NCBI RefSeq assembly: GCF_016433145.1
Contig: NC_058133.1
Location: forward strand, 490,372,373 to 490,436,372
Reading direction: 5' to 3'
DNA length: 64,000 bases
Source: Gracilinanus agilis
Taxonomy: Eukaryota
The position numbers and the translations under genes were made by a program. The first letter of the stretch is position 1. Every line of letters starts with the position of its first letter. The notes below the pieces were generated by a model. That model was not told the DNA's origin. It saw nothing but the letters and a program-made list of their open reading frames with translations, and did no database searches. This document shows positions 41,060 through 51,360 of the stretch, in pieces.

Positions 41060-41830
41060 TTCCCCCATTTTTGTCTCATTCTCCATCAGTGTATTTCTTT
41101 CTCTTTAAAAAAAAACCCTTTCCTTGTGTTTTTAGCTCATTCTTCTCGATGTCTTTCTCCCTCTTTCCTTTATCTACATCTTGTCTCTCTTGATCTACAT
41201 CCTGGATTCTCTCTTTTCCGGTTCTTATCCATCTTTGCCTTGCTATTTTTGTATATCTTTTTTGCCTCTCCATTCCTCTCCTGTCCTAAGCAGAAGTCAG
41301 CCTTGTATCAACCTTTTCTCTCCAATTATGGCAATCTCCTTCTAAAGTCTAGGTCTCTTCTCCTATTCCCCCCATTCCATTTTTGCCCTTGTTTCTGCCT
41401 GTTGTCTTCTGATGCCTCATATCTGTGTATCTCCCACTTCTCTCCCCACTTCTGCCTCTCTCAGTCGCTGTCTTTGTCTCTCCGTCTCCATTTCTGCCTC
41501 CCTCTTTGGCATTGCTTGTTTCTGTCTCCCTCTCTTTGTCTGTCTCTAGCCCTCTTTGTCTATGCCTCTTTCCCCATTTTGGTCCCTCTCAGTATCTGGG
41601 CCTGCCTCTATCTCTGTTCCTGCTTCAGGCTCTTTTTTGTCTCAGGCAATCACAGTTTCTCTCCTTCTCTTTCCCCCTTTCTGTTTGTCCCCCTTATTTA
41701 GTATCTCTTTCTCACTTCTTTCCCATCCGTCTATGTGTGTCCGGCTCTTTCACTCCCTTTGTCCTCCCTCCGGTATCTCGCTCCCTCTTTGTCTAGCTTT
41801 CAGTCCCCTCTTTTCTGTCCACGAGGAGGG
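41060..41830. repeat. Degenerate CT-rich low-complexity tract (~770 bp)
   Basis: Plus strand is overwhelmingly C/T with many TCTC/TCTG runs. Confidence 0.85.
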
Positions 41831-42761
41831 CTGTCCCTTTTGATTGTAGCAGAGGAGTGACTGGAATCTGCCAAAGTTTCCCATAAGCCAGGAAATTTTC
41901 CTTGGAGGAAAATGGCCTCGTAAACATGAGGTCACTGAACATATATGACAAGGGACAGGCTATTACAGATGCTCAGAGGAAAAAAAAATGTTCCTTACCC
42001 CTCTATGGCTCCAAGGGCTCCTCTCCTCCCCTGCTTCCCTCCTTGGGAGCTTACCCTTTATAAGCAGAGCCTGGGTCTGCGTGGCCCCTGGTACCCAGTG
42101 GCTCTATCCTCTTTCCCAGTCCAAGTTGCAAGAAAAAGACTCTGATTCCAGACTTGGGAATTTCTATATTTTCTTTAAGGAGAGACAGGGATGGAGGATG
42201 ATGGGAGAAGCAATTAGGGTTAGGGGTATACAATTTTCAGTGCAACTGAAAACAACAACAAACCAACAACCCGGAAATATAATTCTTGCCCAACATTCAC
42301 TGGCTTCTAGATCACCCTGACCACTATTCCCATTGGTTACAGACAGCTGCCAAGGGATCGGCATCCATGGCCATGTTTCTGTCATGGCTATGGTTCCTCT
42401 TACCAGGCCCTTTCTATGCCTCTACCTGGACTGCTGCTGAAAGGCAAGAGGCCCTGTTTACTCTGGCACTTTCAACTGGCTTAATCCTTTCTGCCTCCAT
42501 CTGCTGCGTTTTCCTCGTTACACTATTGCGGAGAATAACTGTCTCATAAAAAATAGTAAACATGAATGTTCCCACTTCAGCCATTAACCTCAGCACCAGG
42601 AATATGGGTGACGCCCCAGTCCTCCTCCTCTTCCTCCTCCAGGACCAAGAGAGCGAGAACAGGACCGGTGTGTTCTAGCGCCCGGACAATGAGGAGAGAC
42701 CACCCTCCTTCCTGACCCCAACCTCATGGGCCCAGAGCATCCAGGAGACCGTGAGCCCAAC

Positions 42762-44792
42762 TTAATCCTGCCGCTTGGGGGAGGCATCCTCTCTGTAGGG
42801 AAGCCTGGTGGCATCCCCACTCCCATGTCCCCAGTCGCTTTTGGCCTTCTTCTTTCTGGAGATGAAGAGCTGGGTCTGGACCCACAGGCCATCGCTCACC
42901 ACCAGGTCGATGCCCAGCTTGATGCTCATGATGGTGATGGTGAAGAGCCCGACTCCCCAGAGGGCACTGAGGGCGAGGGGGAAGTGGTGATGCTGCCATA
43001 ACAACAGCAGGCTCATCCATCCCAGAGGCAGGAGGCGGAATACCAGCAGGGTAGCCAGAGTGGCCCAGCTGGCCAGACCGAAGACCACGGTAGAGGTTTG
43101 GCCGGAGAGCAGAAGCAGTGTTCGGAAATGCAGGCAGGCCGAGTTGACCTCCAAAAGCAGAGGCACCACTGAGACACTCACACAATGGCCAGGCAGTACA
43201 GCCATGGCCAGGCAGCTCACCGACTAGGGGTCAGAGGACAGGGGTTAGGTGTGGGGCTCTCTACCCTGAGCCAGGCTTCCCAAGAGACTTCAGGCACTTG
43301 GTCCCCTCCACCATACACCCACACCTAACCCGGGTGACCAAGGGACATGAAATGATCTTTGTTGGAACGAGGAAGGTCTTAAACTAAGTCCTCCACATGT
43401 TCCTGACCCTCTCCTGTCCATTCACTGTCATTCTTTCTTAGCCTGTAGCTGTATTTGCACCCTCATCCCCAAATACCTTCCAAATCCCATTGTGGAGACG
43501 GACCGCTAGGTGGCTCAGTGGATGGAGAGCCAGGCCTGGAAATCTGCCCTCGACATTTCCCAGCTGTGTGACCCTGGACAAGTCACTTAACCCCCATTTC
43601 CTAGCTCTTACCATTCTTCTGCCTTGGAACCAATACACAGATGGGAAGTAAGGGTTTTAAAACAGGTTGTGGCTACAGGTGGAGCCAAGCTTCTGGTTTT
43701 GAGGGGCCCCAGGACAGCCGCAGAGTGTGAGAAAAGCTAGGTGGCATCAGGAGGCCTCCAGTGTCAAAGACTTAGTAAGAAGGTGGAGGACACAAACCAG
43801 ATGGGAGGCCTTCACTTCTTGATTCTAAGACCTTTTGCAATCCCAGGTTCCCCTTCCCATTCCATGCTAGAAACTCAAAAAAAGAGAGAGACTTTAAACT
43901 TTTGATTCTGTTGGATCCAGGTGTAGGAATTTTGTTCTGTTAGGATCCTAGAAACAGTTCTGGAGCTGCCTCAGTGGGCAATAAGATCCCCATCACCCAG
44001 AGCTGGGGCTTAGGGGTCCCCACATGGGGCAACACTTTCCAAATGGCAGCATGGCTACAAGCTGAGCCAGAGCTCTGACCCAGAAGGGTCTCAGGATACA
44101 TACACTAGCGGGGAGAGAAGCCCTGATGGAAGCAAGGGGCCCGGGGTCAGAGGCCTATGTGTGTGTGGAGAGACAGAAATGGGAGGGGAGGCAGCCTGGG
44201 CTCAGGCTGCCTCCATTCTCTTTCCAGGCCAACCCTACCCCACTCCCGGGCTCACCATGGCGTGGTGACAAAGCATCTGCCAGGACTGGCCAAATGTCTG
44301 ATTCCACAGAAGATCCACCCCGTCTGCCAGGAAATAACCTGCAGGGGGGAAGGGGTATGTGTGTGGGAGTGGGGTGGGTGGGCGGGGAGGAGGCACGAAG
44401 GGCCGCCCCGTGGCACCACGCGCCCCCCTACTCACCGATGGACAGTGAGACCAGAGCGACCGTCCTGGGGGGGCAGCTGTGGGTGAAATCCGCCACCAGA
44501 TGTGAGTAGTGGGCCATCCTGGGGGGTCGGGGAGCAGAAGGTCAGTGCCTGAGCCCCCGTCGCCCCCTCGGCTCTCCCCGGGACCCCGCTCCAGTCTCCC
44601 GCACCCTGCGCACCAGAGCAGTGCCCCGGCCCCAGACAGCAGGCTGTGCACGAAGGAAGCGCAGATATTTCTCCAAGTCCAGCGGTCCTGGGGAGCGGCG
44701 AGGCGCGGGCTGGGGAGCAACTCGAGGCCCCGATGCAGCCCTCGAAACGCTGCGAACGACGCTCCCGCCGCTGCCAGTTCAGCCAGCGCCAT
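42762..44792 (-). CDS. TLCD2: TLC domain-containing protein 2, complete, 4 exons (44792-44614, 44518-44436, 44338-44256, 43223-42762), 268 aa
   Basis: ATG at 44792 (GCGATGG). Motifs ASFAAFRGLHRGL, RNICASFVHSLLSG, GYFLADGVDLLWNQT, LCHH, LLLEVNSACLH and FRLLPLGWMSL. GT-AG introns; exon sizes 179/83/83/462 give 807 nt in frame. Syntenic position fits. Confidence 0.96.
43500..43660 (+). mobile_element. Internally deleted CORE-SINE in TLCD2 intron 3
   Basis: CTAGGTGGCTCAGTGGATGGAGAGCCAGGCC head, CORE, and GTAAGGGTTTTAAAA tail. Confidence 0.85.
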
Positions 44793-45200
44793 CGCTCCGG
44801 TTCGGGTTCGGCTTCGGAGCTTTCCCGGTCCGGCTGCCAAACCTCGAACCTTGGGTAAAGCGTCTGGAGCCTTGGCCACGCCCCCACGCGCTGATCTACG
44901 TCCCCATTGGCGCGCCCGCCGGGTGCCCGCCTCCGTAACCACGGCAACCGGCCGGGCCCCGCCCTCGCATGGTCCCAGCAGGGGGTTCCCACGTGCACCC
45001 TCTCGCTTTCTGGGGGCTCCGAGCCTCCTGGCGCCTTCACTCGGAGTTTGGAACGGCTCGCCTCGGGCGGGGCTGCCAGCTGAAAGGGCCTCCGTGGCCC
45101 CCAGGCCCTCCACGGGCCAAGGGGGCCCCGCCTCTGCACCTTTCACTCGGTTCCCTTCGCTGCCACCCCCACTCCTAGCTTCAACCTTTCCCTAGTTTAG
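44380..45200 (-). promoter_or_regulatory. TLCD2 CpG island and promoter
   Basis: CpG-dense region over exons 1-2 and upstream; CACGTG near 44989; several GC boxes. Confidence 0.8.
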
Positions 45201-45334
45201 TTTTCCCTGCCAGGCCTCCAAGGCAGAGGCGGGGTGCACCCTGCACCCAAGACACCTGAGGCTCGCCCCCTCCCTCGGGTCAAGACCCCTTCTTCAGACG
45301 GAGAGGGAGTTGGGGAGGAAGGACCAGGGCCGAC

Positions 45335-45800
45335 TTTTTGTTTTTTTCTAAAACCCTTCCCTTCCGTCTTCGAATCAAAACTGTGCACGGTTCCAAGGTA
45401 GAAGAGCCCTAAGGGCGAGGCGATGGGGGTTAAGAGACTTGGCCAGGTTCAGGCCCCTAGAAAGCATTCGAGGACAAATTTGAATCCAGGACCTCCTGTC
45501 TCCATCCACAGAATAACCTAGCTGCTCCCCAGGATCAACTTCTAAGAGACCTCACACCCTCCTCTCACCCCTTATTTTGGCACTATAAAGTTTGGTGTAG
45601 GGGGATGGAGTGAAGGCCTGAGTTCAAATCCAGCCTCAGACACTTTACTGGTATGTACCATTTAACCTGTGCCTCAGTTTCTTCATCTGTACAAGGGGTT
45701 AACAACACCTACTCCTCAGGATCAATGTGAGAATTAAGTAAAATATGTCAAGTGCTTTGCAAACACTAAAGCTCTCTATAAATGCCATACTGCAAAGATA
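45335..45800. mobile_element. CORE-SINE (minus, ~45335-45530) and MIR (plus, ~45595-45800)
   Basis: SINE tail and CORE motifs; MIR core GTTCAAATCCAGCCTC..CTCAGTTTCTTCATCTGT. Confidence 0.75.
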
Positions 45801-48615
45801 ATGATGATGATGGCTTGGCTGCCCTGGTTCTGAGTGCACAGAGAGCCCCACGCAGAACAAAAGCCTGCACAGATGTTACTCCAGGTCACAGGAGAAGGCA
45901 GAATTCCCCATCACACCTCATCCTTCCAGAGGCTGACCAAGCTGCTAAAGCCAGAGGCGAAAAGGGATGGAAGCATTCTCGGCCCTCTAAAGAAGTGTGT
46001 GGGGGTTGCAAAGGGGACAAATCTAGTCTTCACAGATTCAGGGCACTTAAAATCATAGAACGGAGTCCCCTCTGCTAGAGGAGACAGAGCCTCCATTCCC
46101 CACAAACCAGCAGGAATGGGAAGGGGCAGCAGGGGTCTTCAGGGTCCGGCTAAGTTGCTTTTGCTCCAAGCCCTTTGGTGGAGGCAGAGCAGGGACTCTG
46201 GGAGTCAGTGGTGGTTTGTTTCATGAGCTGGTACCAAGAAAAAATGCCGACTCCTACACGCTCTCCCTGGCCTTCACCAAGGTCTGGCCTCTTTCCACAA
46301 ACACCTTTTGCCCGGCTGACTTCATGAGTTCTTTCCTCATACAAGGCCTTGAGTGCTTGCTTGCACATAGATAAAACATGCTTGGGGGGGAAACCCCACA
46401 GAATGATTTTCCCCAGCCCACAGAGACAAGCCCTGCCCCTTGTGGGGTTCAAGGATGGCTGCTTCTGCTCCTTCCATACCCAAGTTTGCCCTGTTTATAG
46501 GCAGCCCCCTGCCCCTACTCCCCATCTGCTCACAGCCTGCCATCTGGCAGGCGACTTCCATATCTACATCTAGGACCAGTTTCTAGGGCTGGATGGCTTC
46601 ATCCCCAGGCAGGAGTCACCCACTCCCTGGGGTACCCCACCACATCCCTCCCTCCTTGGGTATCTGTGTGGCAAGGTTGATATGAACTAGCAAATGAGGA
46701 CGACTGGGAAAAGGGTATCTCCTTGGGACGGGCAAGGCCATGAAAGTTTTCTCTGATGGGACTGAGAAGCAAAGTCCCACAAGTGAACAGAATAAGGCTA
46801 GTTGACCAGACCCAGCTTTTAGAGTAGGCCTCCCTTCCTTCTCACTCTGACCCATTCACCCAGACCCCTCAAAATCTCAGGATCCCCACCATTCAGGAAA
46901 GGGACTAGGGCAAGTAAATCTCCCTGTCATTAACCCTCTGGGGCCTTGGAGCTGGAGGAAATTCATCCCAGCCTCCCACTCCACTCTTGACCTTCCTGGA
47001 ACCACTGTGAAGTAGATTCCTTTAGCTTTTGCACCTGACCTTCCACCATCACAATTTGAAATCTGGGCCACCAAAAAATTGAGTAAAGACTAAAATCAGG
47101 CCAGGGATAGACTGGGTTGGGTCTGTGGCCAGTAGGCCCAGCCTGCCTTCTGCCCATGGTGGTTCCTTCTTCATCTTAGTCTCTCTGATGTTGGGAGAGT
47201 CCTAGCGCCCCAGCATACTGGTGAAGGGAGCTCTTGACATTTAAGGCCTACTTTTCTTCATTCTGGGAATCCCACACTATGTGGGGAGCAAGGAGAGTAG
47301 CAGTAGGCCACAGCGGCCACTCCAGGTCCCTGCTGAGAAATGTAGTCTTTTTCCTGGTTTGGGGATAGGTTAATTGGTCAAAGAAGAACAATGAGTTCTC
47401 CCACAGTACCCTCCTCCCAGCAGCCCTTACAGTGATAGCGGCAGCAGTCCAGAATACCTTAAGCATCTTCCCTCCCCCTCCACTCCCCACCTGCCCCTGG
47501 AAAGGTTCTAGGGATTAAGATTATGGGAGAGATAAGGGTTCAGAGTGCACACATGACCAGAAACAGTCCTCTAAATTTACGAAGAATGCTTTCTTGCCTG
47601 ATACTTTCCCATTTCATTTTATTCATCCCAGCCTCAGTTTTCTTGGAGTCCTGGGTCCCTCCCCTCCCTCCCTTCCCATCCCCTTCATGAAGTTGAACAG
47701 GGAACTAATCCTAGCAGGGATGAGAGATCAGCCAGGACTAGAAGCCCAGAGCAACCCTGAATGTAGGCTCTGAAGGAAAGCTGGATCTCTCTTCCCTTTA
47801 TAAATAAACCTGCTCTGTGTTCACACGGAGGTCAGCAGGACTGACCGGGACAAGGAAAACCGCCAGAAACACAAAGGTCAACCAGCAAGTGTTTATTAAC
47901 CATCTCCTGTGAGAGGGATACAAGGATGGAAAGCCAACAAACAGTCCCTACCCTCAATGAGTTTACACTCTCCAGGGGGTGGGGCAGAGAAGCAAGGAGT
48001 AATAAGTAAGGCAGAAAGAGCTGCTAACTGTGGGGAACCCCACTGATGGCAAACTGAGAAGCAGAGGGAAGGAAGCCTTGGAGCTAAGCAAGGCTGAGCC
48101 CTTCTTTCTACAGAGGAGCAGGGATGTCCTAGGGGGGCTAGCCCAATACGCTAGCCTCTAGCTTCCTGACCTGAGGAGGCAGCAGGAGGGGGCACCTGAG
48201 GGGCTCTGCCAGAAGCTAGGGATTCTAGGAGGCAGGCGAGGAGGGAGACAATTCCAGGCTTCAGGGGCCACCTGTACAAAGGCAGGAGATGGCAGGTTAT
48301 GTGCACAGAACAGGTAGCGGGCGAGTTTTACTGGAACAGACTGTTCAGGAAGGGGAGTAAATAGGAAATAAGAGTCTTCTACAGCAAGGGGGGTGGGGTG
48401 GAAGGGTAGAAAAGTCAGAGATGTCCCTCCCTTCGTGGTTCTGGTCATATGAAGGCCTTGCAGGGGGGAAGATAGCAAAGCGTCCCTTCCATAGCCCTGG
48501 GCCCTTGGGCCCCCTCCCTCCCACTGCCCAGTTTCTGGGGTTATGCTGGAGGAAGCCACCCTCCCACCCCAGGGTGACTCTGCTCCCCTCCCCCCCACCC
48601 CCTGGGGCCTTTCAC

Positions 48616-50970
48616 CTTCTAGATGGCAGGGCGGCGCCTCTTCCTCGTCCTCGAAGACAGGAGCAGAGCTCAGCAGTTCTTCAACTGGCAGCTTTAGCTG
48701 GGACAAGACATAAAGCTCGCCACTGAAGAACTGCTGTGGCTCGGCCAGGAGTGTGTGGGGGCACAGGATCCTGGGGAGTGGAGGGAGGAGGGGGGAGAAG
48801 AGGGAAGAAGCTGGTCAGAGCCATCCTGGGGCACTAATTGCCAGGCAGGGCCACGGTCCAGTTGCTACCATCACACCGTTTCGAGGCCTTTCCCCACCAC
48901 ATCATAGCCCCAGCCCATGGGAGGCCTTTACACTACAGGGGAAAAAAGAACCAAACAAACCAACAGGCAGAATTGAGCTCAGCAGCACCTCCAACAAGCT
49001 GGCCCTGGAACCACACCCAGGGAGTCCCAGAAGAGGGGCGCAGCCGGGCCAGGACCTCTTCTACACTCTTGATTGGGGCCCTGGGGGCCAGTGCCTGGCA
49101 GCTGCCCAGCTACTGGGTGAGACAGGCTCTTTGGACCCAGTGGTCAGCCCAGGGAGCTCTTCCTGGGAAGTTCAGCTGGGTCTGGAAGGAGGGTGGCAGG
49201 GGCCTAGAGGAAGGGGAAAGTGTTGGGGATTGGGGGAGCAGAGTGCAAGGCTTTGGGAAGAAGACAGCAGGGGAAGAGTAGGGATCTGAAAGAGAGGGTG
49301 ACTCAGGCTAGGGGCCTGAGCAGAGAGCAGCAGGGGGCGGGTGGCTGGGCAGGTTCCCCAGGCCTCTTGGATGCCAGGCATTCCGCTTGCGCATTCCGGG
49401 TACATCTGGTATGAATTCCAGGCTGTCTGCCGGCCCCTCCGTGTCTGAACTTTGTTCCAAGTCCCAGGCCCCGCCCCCGAGGCTCCAACGCATGAATCAG
49501 CAGGAAAAGCCACGGCCCTGCAGCATGGCCCAGGGAGGGGGCTGGGGGTGTGGCTGGGACCCAGGAGTTGGGGGGGGCCCCGGGCCCTTGCCTGCCTCAG
49601 GCCAAGGGGATCAGTCCCTCCCAGGCTGTGGGGCTCTTGCTCCCAACCCAAAGTGCCCAGCAAAATTCTGCTCCCCTGGGCAGAAAGAAGGGCATGTAGC
49701 CAAGGGCCCAGGGTAAATCCGGCACTTCCACTCTCCAGAAAAAGAGCCTTAAGAATGTGCCCTCTGTACCAAGCTCTCAGTCGCCCCCTCCCCCAGCCTT
49801 TCAGCCCACAAGGCTCTGCTCCTGCCAGTCCTGAGCCAGGCAGGTGCCCTTGGCAGAAAGGCAGGACCAGGGCACTAACCCTCTGACCAGTTACTCTATC
49901 ACCCCCTTGGCACCCTGACAGCTCTGAGGACAAGCCATGGTGGCAGCTGGAGTCAGGGACTGGGACTTAAGGGTGGGGGAAGATAGCAGGGAGGCCACCA
50001 GGAGAGGCCAATAGTAGGGGGAGTGGAGGGAGGAGAAAAGAGGAGAGGAGGCGGGGAAGGGAGCCCAGTGATGACTAACTCAGACCGCCCCACCCAGCCA
50101 GCCGGCTTCCCGGGCGGTCAGGGCCGGGCCTGGGTTGGGGGCCGCTCACACGGGCGGGGCAGGGGGGAGGTGCAGAGGTGACCTTCCCAAGGCTCTAGCC
50201 CGCCGGGCCAGGGAAGGGGCGAAGGGGGAGGGGAGAGAGAGTTTCTAGGCCCCCCCACCCCCAAATGAAACCTTAGCCTGGGAGTTGCATAAGACCCCGC
50301 GCCGCCGCCCCTAACTACCCCCCTCCTTTACAGAAGGTTCCCCTTACTCCACCCCCCCAGAGGAGGGGCCGTCCCGTCAAGCGACCCCTCCCCGGACAGG
50401 GGACGGACTCGGGACCTCGGCCGAGCCTGCGCTAGGAAAGGAGGGAGGCAGAGCGAGACGACCCGCCCGCCCCATTCCGCCCGGTCTGGTCTGTGAACTT
50501 ACCCCGGGCCGGACGCCACGCCGGCTTCCCCGGTCCTAGACCCAGGACCCTGGTCTGCGCTTGGCCAGCGGCAGGGCCGCCCCGGCCCCCTAGCACCGTC
50601 CGATGGACCTGAATCTTCTCCCAAACCCACCCTCCCCCGGCGAAGTCCTCCTGGCCAGCGTCCCCCGTATTGGACTTGGGTTGACGCCCCTCTGCCGGGG
50701 CGGGCACCCACCCACCTCGCCGCCCTCTCTTTGGCCGGAGTGCAGGGTGTGGCCGTCGGACCCCACAGCCCACCCGGACCCCGCTCCCGGCGCGGCCCCC
50801 ACGGCTCACACCCACCTGGTCTCGGGCGGGGGCGCGGGAGCCCGAGCGCTGGCTGGGGGGGAGGGAAAGCTGGACTGGGAGGGAGCCGGTCCCACGCGTC
50901 CGCTCCCCTCGGCCGGCGCCACCGTCTCTCCCCAGCGCCCAGCACACACCGGCTCCAGCCTCCGATCAGC
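48616..50970 (-). ncRNA. MIR22HG: miR-22 host lncRNA: hairpin-bearing exon 48770-48616 and first exon(s) in the CpG island; downstream exons not resolved
   Basis: Strong acceptor (long pyrimidine tract, CCCCAG| at 48771, CTGAC branch-like motif) and donor GAAG|GTGAAA at 48615. Candidate first-exon donors CAG|GTGGGT (~50815) and GGG|GTAAGT (50502). TSS near 50970 is an estimate. Confidence 0.7.
48665..48746 (-). ncRNA. MIR22: pre-miR-22 hairpin: 3p AAGCUGCCAGUUGAAGAACUGC (48694-48673) and 5p AGUUCUUCAGUGGCGAGCUUUA (48732-48711)
   Basis: Mature arm matches miR-22-3p with the seed AGCUGCC intact. Arms base-pair; CNNC motif (CUUC) 17 nt after the 3p end; syntenic position. Confidence 0.98.
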
Positions 50971-51360
50971 TGGCGGCGTCGTGACGCACGACACCCGGTT
51001 GCAGAGCCCCTAGCCAATCACCGCTCACCGAGGGTGAGCGTGGCCACGCCCAGGGCATCCCAGTCCCGCCCTTATCCCCGCCTCCCTGGCCGTTTCAGCT
51101 CTGATTGACACCGAGGTCACCCCCTTCCTTCCGAGCAAAGCGGCTTAGAACCAAGCCTCCCAACTCACGAAATGGCCAATAAGTGCAAAGACCCTCACCT
51201 AGCCTTCATCTCAAGCTTCTTGTTTTGATTGGCGTCTCGCAAAGCCAATCAGCTACTTAGAGATGAAGAGAAAAAAAAGTGATGCTGGGCGCAGTGCATG
51301 CCGGCCCGCGTAGTTCTCCCGCTGGCACTACAGTTCCCAGCATCCCAGGCGCTCTGTGAG
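50050..51360. promoter_or_regulatory. MIR22HG CpG-island promoter, probably bidirectional
   Basis: CRE-like TGACGCA at 50982; CCAAT/ATTGG boxes at 51014, 51176, 51228 and 51245; ZNF143 SBS ACTACAGTTCCCAGCATCCC at 51327-51346. Confidence 0.85.

Noticed and set aside
41003-41843. 232-aa and overlapping hydrophobic ORFs resembling membrane proteins
   Set aside because: Artefact of the CT-rich low-complexity tract (Leu/Ser/Phe codons).
44235-45195. Long overlapping ORFs upstream of and opposite TLCD2 exon 1
   Set aside because: CpG-island artefacts; only the segment from the ATG at 44792 is homologous to TLCD2.
48158-48615. Continuation of the 182-aa ORF past the miR-22 exon donor
   Set aside because: Starts at a non-ATG codon and runs into probable intron; only the exonic open frame is reported, tentatively.
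50432-51108. ORFs in the MIR22HG CpG island
   Set aside because: Non-ATG starts and GC-bias composition; no homology recognised.
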